Shown: piece by piece, positions 25,001 through 39,349 of the stretch | Position numbering within the stretch: position 1 is the stretch's first letter | Layout: every line of letters starts with the position of its first letter | Assembly (NCBI GenBank): GCA_964247055.1 | Contig: OZ176051.1 | Span: 11,346,001-11,410,000, forward strand | DNA: 64,000 bases | Reading direction: 5' to 3' | DNA from: Paragordius varius | Taxonomy: Eukaryota; Animalia; Nematomorpha | The notes under the pieces: model-generated | The model's input: the letters and a program-made list of their open reading frames with translations, nothing else | Database searches by the model: none | Told to the model about the DNA's origin: nothing | Position numbers and translations under genes: made by a program

Positions 25001-26182
25001 ACACATAATGGAAAAAATATTTAGATGTTTACCTCTTTGTATTTCCCTTTTAATAATTGGTTATAGCCTTTATTCTTACTTTCAACTTTGAGCATTTCAA
25101 ATGCACCTTAAAAATATATGAAGTATGTTTTTGAAATTTTTAATATATATAAATTATTTAAAATTAACATAATACAGAAAAAATGATAAACAATGCCAAG
25201 AAATCTATTATATCGATTTGTGAGCTTTAGCCCATAAACACATAATTATTTTTAGGGTGAATTTGAAATTTTTAGAAATGAAGTCAATTGTTTAATTGAG
25301 GTGTAAATGATTCAAGGCCACGTAAAATGAGCTATTAAACAGATTCAAATTAGCCCATATGAATAAGTTGGCTAATAATACATTTTACAAAAATCTCTTC
25401 CTCCTTAAAAATAAAGTTTTTTTAAAAAGCTCGAATTCCATGTTATTTGAATTGTTTACTTAAGTTTTGAGCTGACTATTAACATGTGGCCCTTTAAAAA
25501 TTCTTAATTTTATTTATATAATAATTCATTTGGTTCATTACATTTTTTAAAAAATACTGGTTTTTTAAAATAATTTTTTATATTGGAATATTTTTATTAA
25601 TAAACGAGATTATTTATTTTCATAGAGGTTGTCACTAATTTATAAAAATATCACAAAAATATTTCAAATGTCCATTTGTATATCTAAATATATCATTTAT
25701 CACTCCAAGTAACATTTTTTTAACCAAACTCAACATTTTTTCAAGCACAGACTATTGAAAAAATGTTGCGTTTGGTTGAAAAAGTGCTACTATTGACTCA
25801 CAAATGTGTGATATCGACACAAAAATTAGAAAAACATAATTGAAAAAAATAATCAATAGGTTTTAAAACATAAAAATACGCTAAAAATATAAATTTTTTT
25901 TATAATTTGTGTTATCTAAAAGTTCATCAAGAAATTTTGATTTTTTAAAATATATGTACTGAAGCTGATATATATTATCATATTCATAATTCATAACGAT
26001 GATTTTACTATAATCAAAATATTTATTAATACATTAAATTAGAAATAGGAATTGTTTTGAGGCTTTATTGATACCCTTTTTTAAAAAGAGATTTCGAACA
26101 TTTTAACATGTTATTTAACCACAAATTTCTAAAATTTTAATTTTTTCGGAGCAATTTCATAAGTTGTTGTGGTTTATCTTGT

Positions 26183-26422
26183 ATATACCATTTACAATTA
26201 AAATTCACCCCAAAATTCTTTGAACAATACAAATTCACCTTATAATTTTATGTGTTTTTGTGTAACTTATCATTAAAATAAATTTTTACGACATGATTTA
26301 TTATTTTTTGCATTATATTAATTTTAAACAGATTTTCATATTTTAAACATATAAAAAAATAATGTTTGATCTTAAAAAAACATTATTTATTTTAGCGCGA
26401 ATTTGAAATGTAAATGGTATAT
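26183..26422. mobile_element. MITE, ATATACCATTT...AAATGGTATAT family, full-length copy
   Basis: TIR ATATACCATTTACAATT / TTGAAATGTAAATGGTATAT; the internal sequence resembles 712-939. Confidence 0.7.
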
Positions 26423-28040
26423 AAAAATGGCGATAATCAAAGACGTCTTATAAAATTTAGGTTTCATAACGGTAAACAGTATTAACATTAATTATTGGGT
26501 ATGTTTTATTGGTAATAAAATTGCTTAGAATATTTTTCGCAATTAATTACTTAAGAGAACCTAATTTTGAGGGATAAAAAGGCGGGTATATATGTGCACA
26601 TCAGTTGTTGATTTTACTGAAATTTTAGGAAATATTTTTTGGGAGGTTTTGCATCATTAAATTCAGAAACGTCGCGGTTTGTTGCAAAAATTTAATAAAA
26701 AGGAAAAAAACATTTTAACAATTTTTGAATATATATATACATATATATTGTTTTGAAATTTTGATATGGAATGAATAAAATTGATACTAAGTAAGTACTT
26801 TATATTATAATATAATTATAAAAAAATTTCATAATAGTAGATAATATTTAAAAAAATTAATCCTTTCTTAATCCTATTTAATACATATCAGTATAGTATT
26901 ATGGCATAATTAAAACATATTTATGCACATGTTTGTACTTTATATTTACTTTAAATTAAAATTTTAGCATAAAAAATTGTCACTCTAAAAAAACTTGAAA
27001 AATTGATTCATATGAATGTTATATATTTTCAAATTAAGTAAGAATCATTTATGTTAGAAAAATTATTTGATTATAAATATATTTATTCCATCCAGTAAGA
27101 AGTCCTCAGAATTATTAATATCTAAGAAAACATAAATATATACCTTTAATTTATAAAAAATCATCATTATTAAAATCAATCATTGCCTCAAGGTTAATAC
27201 ATTCAATTGATTATTTTATGGAAATATGATATAAGAAATGAAATATTTAAGAAATTTATTATATAAGGTTTTTTTTTCATTATAAATCAAATAAAAATAT
27301 TATTATTATTATATGTATGGAAAAAATTAAACTCGCATTGTTTTAATTTTATTACTATATTAAATTATTATTTTTTACATATTTGTCCTTTAATGTGTGA
27401 AGTAACGAAAATAAAACGCTATATTTAAAGTCCATTTATGGATAAAACTATTTTATATTCCTCAGTAAGAAATTTTACGATGAAAATAACTCCTGGAAAA
27501 AAAAATCGTTAACCACTTACATCTTTTAATGCTTAGCAAAAACCATATTTATCGATTTTATTGGATAATATTTTTAAACAACCAATAGTAAAGATAAAAG
27601 CCTTATATAGTTAAATACGCTGCTATCCAAGTTTGCTTAAAACATTTTTTTACTTATTATATTTCTTCCTATAGGATGATGGAATTTTTTCTTCGAGATA
27701 TAGAAATATTTTTCTCGTCTTTTTACATTTCATATGCAAGTAGTATAACTCTTACTAAGGCTTCTTTTTTTCAGACCTTTGTCCTAAATCATTGATTTTT
27801 TTGCATTCCCATGTTATATCATTTGAGTAAAAATCGATTTTTTGACTACTATCAAATATTTTTGTATATCCTGTAGAAAACAGAAGAAACTAGTTTATTA
27901 TTAATATATTTGTACGACTTCTAAAAAAGCACATTTCTTTGATCCAAATATTTTACGTTCAGAAGTGTTTAATTTTTTGGCTAAAATTTTATATTCCATA
28001 TATATTTATGTTATTTTATCTTTTTACAACATATTTATAG

Positions 28041-31000
28041 TTAATGTAAATCACAATACTTTAAATCGGTTCACAAATATATGCGCAAGAGGTAATCAAC
28101 AATTGAAATCTATCAAAAATCTAAAACTCAAACAAAAATTTAAGGCAAAGCGTTTTGCCTACAATTACTTTTCTAGTCGTCGATCAACCCATAGATACTT
28201 TCATTATCCCAGGAATCGGTATAAAAAGAATTTATTCCCTAATTCCAAAAATTCTTACCATGTCAAAAAGTGCAATATTCCAACACCACCTTATCTAAAC
28301 CATTCAATTCATGCAAAACAAAATATTTCCTATTCGTATATGGAGCCAATACAGGACATTCCAAATTTCACATTCGAGTATCAGTATTCGAAAGGAAAAA
28401 ATCTCAGTCAGATAGCCAACTATAAATTAAAAGGTAAATATAATCAAAAGCAGTTCAAACACTTTCAACTAAGCAATCAGTATAACTTAAATAAGAACCA
28501 AATAACCAAAAATCCCTCAGAATCTATAAGATCGGAAACACATTATTTGGAGCAAGGACCTTCCTGGCTTACAAATCATCAAAGTTCCAATGATAATAGT
28601 AGCCAAGATATGGCTATAGATTGTCAAAACGCAAAAGCGCAAAATATGGACCATTCTAAATCACCCACAAATTTTAATACGTTTACAGTTTCTGCGTCAA
28701 AAACTTTCCTAATTTGTGCAGCAAACAACAGCGAAAATCCCCCTTCAAATAGTGACGCTTTGGAACGCGACGCCGTAAAATCTATTTTGGATGAAAAATC
28801 TCCGTCTCCCTTAGAGGAGTACAGTAAATACTTGTTACAAGTTCAAACTAAGCAGAAAGAATGTGATATACATGATACTGCTTTAAAGCATAATAATAAA
28901 ACTAATAATAAAATCGATTCTGGAAAGGGGAATTACATAGAACGGTTTGTTGCCTCAAACTATGATTGCGATATAGCCGAACTCGACATAGATCAATATG
29001 AACCACGTCAAATTATGGCAGTTTTTAAAGAAATCCCACAAAAGCCTGGCGGCCTGTTTGATTGTTCGAATCCACACAAAAAACATAAAGTATGTTGCAA
29101 AACGAAGGATTGCAAACACAAAAAATACCCAAAATATAGATGTTATATTGATTCTTCTTTAAATGATGTGCCTTCCAACCAGGGTAACGAGCAATATAAT
29201 TTAGTTAATATGGATTGTAATTACAATAATCATCGTCCTTGTTTTTTTTCTAATTTTGCTCGCCAAAAAAGTCGAAGAAAAAGACAGCATATATCTAAAT
29301 CACCAATACAACCAACAAATCATCAAAAATTATCTCGGTGCCGTAAAAATGTTACCAAATCAAAAATGTCTAAATCTTTGATTACAAATATCGATTCTCA
29401 TAAATCTATAGATTCGCCGCATAGGAGATGTTATTTTAGAGATTATAAAATAAAATCTCATAACAAAGGTAAAGTTTTACCATATACGAAATATTTAGCG
29501 CATTCAGACACAAGTGCGGCCTACGCACTCAAACGATATAGCAATCAAGTTCTCTACGACAATGTTGCTGATTGTAATGATATTGAGAAAACGGCACTAC
29601 CCAATATCTCACAACTAAATTTGGGTTCAAAGCAAACACTTATAAATTTATCATCGAATCACCAAAAAGCTTTGGGAACAAAACCCACTGAATGCCAAAT
29701 GCCAGGAAAAAGTATTTGTCATTGTTGCAGAAGCTTGCAAAAGAATGTGAAAAATCGGCCATCTTGGGATACTTTAATAGATGATCACTTTGATTTTCAT
29801 CAATACGTTGATTCCGACGTTATATCTGACGATAATGAAAATAATTTAAGCGGTCACAATAATGCTCCATATGTGAAGTATGTGCAAAATCAAAATACAG
29901 GGCGACAAATCTTTGGTCAAAACAACGAATCAGATTTCGATGATAATTATAGCTGTTGCAAAGAAGGTTTAACCATTTGACAATTTAGTTAATATTTTTG
30001 CATTACAAAAATGCCGGTAAATAGATTCGTATATAAGGGACTTAAACGAAAAAATGCTTAAAGAGGGACGTTTTTTATTTTTTATCCAAGATCAAATAAT
30101 TTCCCTTTGTAGCTTAATTATAAATATTTCGGCAATAGATATTGTTATAAATGCTTTTAGTTAATCATAATATTATCATAGAATTTATAAATGTTAAACA
30201 TTTTATTACCTTGGTGAATTTTTGATTACACTAACCAAATTAAACCGTATAGAAACTATAGTGATGGAATATGTCTCTTAGTTATAAGCCTATTTAAAAT
30301 TTTTCAAAATTTTGTATTAATTTAATCCAAATTTATGAAAAAGCCTTTTTAGCATAAATTTAATGTTTTTATTTATATCTAAAAGTATAATAAATTAATT
30401 CCATACTGAATTTTAACCGAAATTATAGGCAGATAAAGTGTTAAAAAATCCGATCAAGCTAAATTTTTATTAGGGTTATATTTGTAAATTATTTTATTTT
30501 ACATGTGTTTTACTAAATAATTTTATCGAATATTTAAATTTTAAATTTTAGATATCCAGAAAACAGAGCTCTACAATAGCCATGATCAAATATATACAGA
30601 TACTACGTCAACAAACAGCAGTTTGTGTTCAAGCTCTCGTATGATATTCAATTTTTAGATTAGAAGCAAATATTGATTTTTGGAAAAATATAAATAACTA
30701 TGACAAATTATTTTCATATTAATTTAGGTGAATATCCATATAAATTTGGTATGCAACACGAAACCAATGATCAATTTAACAATGATCAGGTACATTTTAA
30801 TATATATGTAAATTTGATAGATATAAATATATTTTAATTTACATATCTTTGGATAAAAAACTCCCTAGCTTTAAAGAAAAAAATGGGTATCACGTTGCAT
30901 ATTAGGTTAATAAAGCCAAAACACTGATTTTAAACATTCAGCTGTTTTGCTCTTCATAAATATTATGAATAATGGCTAAAAAATTTACAACGATATATTT

Positions 31001-34000
31001 ATATATAATAATATATAATATTTCTTTGAAATATTTTTACAAAAATTTAATTTAACAAACTGAAAGTCACTTTTGTTTAAAAATTTTATTTCAATACGCA
31101 CGCCCTATATTCTGCTAAAGCAATATATGTAGCGAATAGTTTTTTTCCTTAAAATTGAACTTTATTAAAAATTTATTTTGAGTTCAAAACACGATTATCA
31201 TAAAACAACAGATTCATTCTGAATAGCGCTAAGTTTTTGTGTATTAATTTTTGGTTTAATAAAATATCAAGTTAAATTATTTGACATATATTTTTAAAGG
31301 GTTACTCCGATCTCTCATCGACTTTACACAACGATATCCTAATCGAAGACTTAAACAAAACATTTACATTGACGAACCATAATAATAACAATATTGAAAA
31401 AGAGCCCTTAATAAATGATAATCATTGTGGCTATAGGTTGGCATTTGATACGCAAACTACCCTTTCCTCCATCTACAGTTTAAACGATTTCAATCTCTTA
31501 CAGAGTTGTTATAATGCGTTGGGACAACCTGAAAATATGCACAATATATGTGGAAATAATGAAAAAATGGACCATCTCAATATGAAATATGATATTGAAA
31601 CAGTACCAGATAGTACACCTTTTTGGCAATCTTGGCCTCCGGATTTGGAGAATCCGTATTCTTCGGCACGGCAAAAACGGATTTATAATACATTTTTGAA
31701 ACAAAAAATGTTAAATGAAAATAAATCAAACATATTACGAACTTCAAAACTGATTAATATCTCCTTACCAATGCTTACTTTTATCTCAAACACGAACCAA
31801 CAAAAGTTTAAAAGCAGGGAAGATTATAGAAGAACTGATAAAGCTCCATTAACATCTGGTATCGTTATTGATGATTTTATCAATATTTTTTTGCAATAAT
31901 AATCAGACATTTGTTTTGATATAAGGATGATTTGAATGGTTTACTCTTTTGACAGTATTGTAATGGCTGATTATATTACATATTTAAAAAAAATGGTGTA
32001 ACTTGAAAATTAAACTTATTAATAATACATTCATTTCTAAAACATAAATATATATATCGTAAACATCCGTTGCATAAATTGTGAATTTCGAATATTATGA
32101 AAAAATAACCTTCAATCAGTCACCGGTAATCCATAAGCTCTAAGAATAATAAGATAGCATTTTAAAACACTTTTTAAATACCGGTCATTGGTTTGAAAAA
32201 ATTTATTCGCTCTTTATAGATTTTATCATAATATATATTATTTTTATTTAGATCAGAATATGGATAATTGCAAAAATTTGGGTAATGATAAAACTCAGCC
32301 AAGTAATGATAAAGAAGCCCCTTTCACAATAATAAATAAAAATTGCAATGATACAATTAGTAATATCACTAATTTTCAACTTTTGATAAAATTGGCTTTG
32401 GAAAATTTTTACCAAAAAAATAATTCATCTGCTCAATCTTTGTCATCTGCACCTCAGTCCCCTTGCAAAACAACTAAAAATATTTCGAATTCCTTTGGCA
32501 AAGATAATTGTGATAACCACAAGGATTTGGGCACGGTGTTAGCCTGTCTCAGTGAAAGTCTTATGCTTCAAATTCTAAATAATTTAAGTTGTGAAGCGAT
32601 TACAAATAAGGCTGACGCGGAACCAAATGTATATATATGATATTATTCAGATAAAATTTAATTTACACAATGTGCATAAATATTAATAAACCATAGAAAG
32701 CTTGTTGAGAGCAAACCGTCGCATAAATGAATTAGCCATGATTTAATTTACTTTTAAAAATATTTACTATATTATAAGTAATAAATATTCCACAAAAGTT
32801 GCACGTATATCGCACTTTCAATAATCTAAATTTGGATAAAATATGCCTTATAACCGAAAAAAATAGCAAAATGAGTTATTTTACATAAATTATGATATAT
32901 ATATTTTTTACTTATTTCATTTATAGCTTTTAGTAAAAACCAAATTTTCCATTATATTGATAGGGTTGTGATGATCATACTGTAAAACTTGGACCACATG
33001 AAACCCTTTATTCTAAGTGTCCCATATGTCAATATTTAAAGGGCATTGCAAATTTTGAAAAAAATAAAATCCGCCAAAAACCATCCATTAATTGCCAAGC
33101 TAACAATGACTTAAACCTTATGACAGGAACGTTAATACTTTCAACTTTAGCCTCCTTACAATTGTTAAAAGTAACACAGGAGGTAGAAAAATAAAATATT
33201 ATCAAGTGATAAATATTTAGCTAAAAGAACCTAATATAAACTATTTACACCTTGAACCCTTAAACAGTTCAAATTCACTCTCAAACATTTAAAATTTACC
33301 TTAAAACACTTCAAGTTGACCCTAAATATAAATTATATTGAAATTAACAAGCAAAAATTGATAGCACTATGTCATAAACATATTAATAATGAGTTGATTT
33401 AACCCAAAAACACATAAACTTTTGAGGTGAATTCAAAATATACTATTATTAGTGTTCAAGGGTGCATTTGAGATATAAATGATATATTTTATTTTTTCTT
33501 ATAAGACATTTTTAATGCTAATATAGAGTAACAACACAAAATATCAAAATATGGGTGGAAATACAAATGATGAGCATCAAAAGTATGTCATGTTTTTCGT
33601 TCTTCTTACTATTATATTTATTTAAGGTTCCCCAAATGATTTGACAAAGTATTTTATTTTTATTATGATTCATCTTAGGTCCTTTAAGTAAGAGAGCGAG
33701 TCTTCCTTTTCCGCATTTTTTTCCAAAAAAACCAGTTGTAAATAAATTCAATTCTTATGAATATTATAATTTCATTCTGTTAATCTATATTCATGATTAC
33801 CGATATTTGCAAACTTAATCGTATGAATATTATTTCAATTAAAACAGGTCTCTTTTTATTAATACTAAGCTATTGTGGTTTAGCATAATGTATAAATCTC
33901 AAAATTAATATATTACTATACCTTATTTAAAATTTATAAAATTACTATATAAATTTTTCTAAAACTACAGACGCAGTTATTGCTCAATTTTACCATCGTC

Positions 34001-36149
34001 AGACGACCATAATGATACTAATTATAATACAAAAATGGAAATTAGCAATGACGGAAACAGCCTAAATAATAATTTCAAGGATTACCCAAATTCGCCATAT
34101 CATGATCAACAGCAAAACGAATCTACTTATAGTGATGACCCAAATAGGGTTAATAATAATCTTAACGACAACAACAATACATCATCCATATTAAGTTTAA
34201 TGGAAAGTAGCTTAAAGTTGCGTTTTGGTGACACATTTGGACCCATTGACACGAGTCGCATTGAAAACTTGACAGATCCTTCATTCGCCCAAAACCACAA
34301 TACCACAAAAAAATACGGTAATCATGATTCATATCCAAACAATCTTTCAATAACGGTAAACAAAGTTTCGCCCACACAATCTAAACCAGTATTCAAAGAA
34401 ATTAAGTTGGGTGCCGTAACAAATTTTCTGGCATCCCAGATGCCAGAAAACCCCTTAATTAATGGTAATAACGAAGTAACGAGTAAGCAATTACCCAACT
34501 TGGAGTTTTTACGAGAAAAGTGGTTAAAATTGAAATCATTTGAAGAAAACGCCATTAAATCGCAACATTTTACCAACTTTCATCAAACAAATTCTAGGAT
34601 ATGTAATATCCCACCTAATTTACAAGGACAAGATTTTAAGGATGATATAACAACAGACGATTATTCAAATATCGATAATTTTGACTCAAGCAACCCTATT
34701 TACGAAGAAGTGACAGATAACTTTAAAAATAATGTAAATAATTCTCAAATATCTTCAGATACGCAATCATCGGATTCTTTTTCACATCCATCAGGTATAT
34801 TTTAACAATATAAACTATATACTGCTGTAGCTTTTTTCATGCGTCAACTTTTGATTATCTTTTGTTCAACACTATATAGATCGATTACAGAAAGATACAA
34901 CATCTACCCATACCCAGGCATTGAGTCACCATAGTATCTTAAAAATCAAGAAAACTGTCAGGTAATCATTTAATTTAAAATTTTAATTCCCTGGTGTAAA
35001 TTTAAGTTTTATAAAATATTTATTTTTACAGTTTTTCCGATAAAGTATGCTTGCACGAAATTAGTGACAGCAATATAACGCCTTATGGAACTCCAGAACG
35101 GATCTTAAGTTCGGGCGAAAACAGTATATTATTTTCTAATAATTATCCCTATTATAATTTAAAATTTATGAATATTTATCTAATGCAATTGTTTAGAAAT
35201 AACATCATCCACAAAATTCGTATTTGATGAAAGTGCAAGCGATAACTTCATTGAAATTTTACTTCAACTCTATACCTATTTTAACTTGCATAGTACCTTA
35301 AGTTTGTTGTTTGAATGCGAAAACTGTGATGATTTACCAAGCGACACATGGGAATCAAAACTTAAGATGGCTATAAACACTAATATGAACCAAGTATGAT
35401 GGTAGATAATATTTGTTTACGTAAGAGTATTTTCTAACGAGCCGATTCTAATTCGCCTATGTGAATAATTCATGTGACTTAGCCAACTGAAATAGCCCCT
35501 AAAATTTTTCCTTTTTCGAGATTGTTTTTTGACTATGAATTTTTCATCTTCACCTTTGACCATGAGACATTTTAGCTAATAAGTCATTTGACTAATGTGA
35601 CCAGATATTTTTAACTTTGACGCAGTACGAAATCAAAACATACTTACCTGTTTTTACACCATCGGTGTGGTATTTACACAGTTTCCACAATAAATATCAT
35701 GATGATAGGAATATCAGGATTATCATAGTGCTTTGGTTTTTTAAGAGTTAATAAAGAAATTATTTACACTTTTGCGGTAGGGGCTCCGTATAAAATTGCA
35801 AAAGGTGCACACTTTTTTCAAATAATTTTCTGAAAGCTAAATGCCTTATTGTAAAAAATATAACCTTAACTACATATAAAAAGCAAAACAATATTTTTAA
35901 AAATTTTAAATTTCCAAATGTGTTCTCTAAAGTACCAAGTTTTTTGTTTAAAATGTTGTACTTAAAATAAACGCAAAAATTCCGACATTGAACTTTAATT
36001 TTATGCTAAATTTTGATATCAACTACATATATTTTTTAAAAAATGCCTACTTTCAAAAATTTAATTTTTACCAAAATTTTGTTGAAGCATACTTCATACT
36101 ATTTTGAGCATGACGGAAACGATATAAACGGTTGAGATGTTATAACACT

Positions 36150-36180
<31 letters not shown>

Positions 36181-39100
36181 TTCGATAATGCTGAAAATTT
36201 TTCTGACTAAGAATTTTGCTTAAAATATTAGTTTGTTTTCAAATTTATGTTAAACAAAAATTGTGTTTTTTTACAAAAATTCACAAAATCTGCAACCAAA
36301 CAAACCTTTAAAATTCTAAACCTATAATAATGTTCAATATCATCGAATTATTCAGAAAAAGGCTATTATATCTTAAAGCGTTTTACCGTTTCCATCATGC
36401 TTCTAAATAGTTTCAAGTACGCTTTAACAAAACATTTCAAATTTGTTTATGCAAAAAATAAATGTTTAGGAAAAAAATTAAAAATATCATACTCTTATAA
36501 GTATAGAAAACGTAAAAACTTTTATTCTTTACGAAAAACAGGTTATTTCGAATCATATGCCATATATAATAAATTTTGAATATAATTTTACGAGAATAAC
36601 AATTTTCTATATAATTTTCCGTTTGATTTATAACAAACTAAACTTGATCAAACATTTATTAAATATCATAAATTTTTGTTAATTTTAAATTTTGAGGCAT
36701 CTCTTTTTGCGGAAGCTCTAGGTGAAAGAGCCATAAGCCTGAATCTTACGGTGGAGTCCGAGATTTATAATTTCGCCACTCCGCGAGAAGCTGAATCATG
36801 AGCGGTTTGAACGATCCAAAATTTTATGTTCAAGAGCAGAAAATAAAATATTAACCAATTAAATATAGGCCAATCTTTGTTTTTTACTACAAAATGAACC
36901 TTACAAATTATGGGGTTATTTTTACAGAGGGTACTTATCGAATTTTAAAATATATTTTTTTGAATATAAAAGGTTTTAAATATATATTAAAAATAAAATT
37001 TAATTTTTTTTGAATATCAAAAAGCAGTACAAAAGTGGGGGCGGTACAGTCGCAGTTTTTTTCTGAAAAACCAGTACTGTACTGCTAAAAACAGCCTATC
37101 TGGTCACATTACATTTGACATAACTCATTCACATGGCCAATTGTCGAATTAATAAATAAAGGGATGAATTTTCGGATAAACAAATTTTGATTAAACTTAT
37201 ATATTAATAAAAAGAAAATGGATTTATAAAATTTATAAATATGATCCATATTTCGTATTATAATAATAGTTAATAAACCTTGGAGACAATCGTAAACATC
37301 ACAATCTATCACAATTCCTTATCAATCAATTCTGTCAACCTTTGTCCACATTAATACTTGAAACAATGTGTTTTAGGGGCCACTCTTGTAATCCAGCTAA
37401 TGTCAGCCATGATCAGTGTAAAAGGATTGACAATCAGGTATGGTCGAATGCACATCTTTGGAGGCAAATCAAAAAATTGGGTAAGTTTCCGTGTTTACTT
37501 TAAAAAACTGTTTAAAAGAAAAGCATATGTGACGTATTTTTCGAGGAGTTAGAATATTTTATCATTCGAATCTTTTTTGATTATTTAGTTGACCAAACTT
37601 ACACCAATACTGACACCTCTGTATCAATTAACAGTAATAAACTTTCAATTATGAACGATCTCATTACCGCCATTGAAAAAAATAAACATGCGACCACAAT
37701 ATTGGAATCTAAATATACTGGGTCGCAATTATTCCAAGAACAATCCTTTCTTTATGCCTTTATTTGTGGTTTGCTAAAGTAAGCTTCTTAAATTACCAAT
37801 GCTTGCTCTATGTTAATAATTAAAAGCTTTGAACTTTATAAATATTTATTTTAGCCTAAAACAATTGGGCCATTGGATGGAGGCACAATTTCAAATGGAA
37901 AACGAGCCTTCAAATATGGCGCTATCTGATAATCCAATATTATGCAAACTACTTTATTCTTTAAAACATCTTCCCTTCAGGATTTACCTTCCCGCCATAA
38001 TAAATTATCCAGATTCAATTAGCATGATGACAGCAAAAGGCAATTTAGAAATCTCAATCAATCCAAATCCCGAAAAAAATGTTCCAAAAAGATTAGAAGT
38101 AAAGGATATAGCTATTAATCTTACAAGTTCAAACTGTTCATCTAACGAGAGTAATTATAATAATAAAATTGGAAAAAATTGTAACTATATAAATAAGCAA
38201 CCAAATAATATCTCCCATTTTAATGTGCCATCCTCAAAAAACCCTCCTAGAGCCGCCGAATTTTTAACGAGTGATCGAGAAAATTTTAAAGGTATAACAA
38301 CTATTGCGAACGCGAAAATCGATAATGAAACTGATGCTATGTCAATATTCCCTTGCAAAATACCTAAAGGAATCCAAAGAAATCCAATACCATCTAAGAT
38401 ACCTAAACTCTATCCAAATCGTGCCTACATGTCAGCATCTTCAACAATCATTGAAACTAATCTTTGTAACAAACTTAATTCTTATAAGAAAGCTATTGGT
38501 AAAAATAATGAAGTTGAAAAGAAATGTTCATCGGCTCCAATTTCACCCGTCAAAGATAACAAAAGCATTGTTTCCAAATATAACAACAATGGAAAAATTG
38601 TAAATATTTGGCAAAATGAACAAACGAGGATTACTGATACTATAACTCTCAATCCTTCAAAGCTGTTGTTACCAAATAAAGATGAGACATCACAACAGCT
38701 ATCATTTATAAAAAATATTTCTACTAACCTAAAAAATGTCCCTTTCCCTTCTGAAAATGTTAGCAATGTAGAAAATGAAAACCCTAGTGCCCAACATTTA
38801 TTGAATTTGCATAAATCCGGTAATAATGCATCAGAGATTGAATGTGAACGATCTTACAAACCACCTATTCAAGCGCTAGTCATTAAATATAAACCAACAT
38901 CTTTGTTACTTAAAAACACAAACAACCGTGAAAAAAGTGGAAAAAACGATGAGAAATCGTTGATGAAAGACCTCACAAATAAAACAACATCGCCGCCCAC
39001 GAACGGTTTCCAAAAATTTCGACAAGATCTTAACCGGAGATTCAATAAGAAAAATGTTATGCCTCGTCCGTTAAGTACTAATTTAACTATTCCAACCAAG

Positions 39101-39349
39101 GGAAATAGCAACGTAAACTCTAATCATTCAAATACCACCAACAAATCTCGTAAATCATACCCCACCAGAACTGATGGATTACATTTACACTTAACTAGCA
39201 ATAATAATAGTATGGTGGCTAATGAAAATAGTAAAAATTTAGCCAATGAAAAAAATATTTATATCATCAATGCTAATTCTTTCGTTAACAGTAAAAACAG
39301 TTCGTCTGAAAGTGGAATTGGGAGCAGTGAAGCACCTAACTTAGCCTAA
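28041..39349 (+). CDS. RUSC2: RUN-domain protein, RUSC1/RUSC2 (NESCA/iporin)-like, with long low-complexity N- and C-terminal regions; first exon unresolved
   Basis: Exons include 28041-29966, 30552-30638, 30728-30789, 31300-31858, 32252-32628, tentative small exons in 32964-33651, 33971-34795, three exons in about 34880-35396, 37270-37480, 37589-37779 and 37856-39349. RUN blocks LGDNRKHHNLSQFLINQFCQPLSTLILE, LWRQIKKL, FLYAFICGLLNLKQLGHWM and CKLLYSLKHLPFRIYL resemble recalled RUSC2 motifs (LG.S..VGHLVLKYLCPAV, FNAFILGLLNI.SLEFW, LQPLALLPFSLDL). Orthology to RUSC1 versus RUSC2 is not resolvable. Confidence 0.8.
33244..33475. mobile_element. Degenerate copy of the TTCAAATTCACCC MITE family in a RUSC-like intron
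   Basis: Repeated ttcaaattcac/ttcaagttgaccc motifs at the left and gaggtgaattc/gttcaagggtg at the right. Confidence 0.5.
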
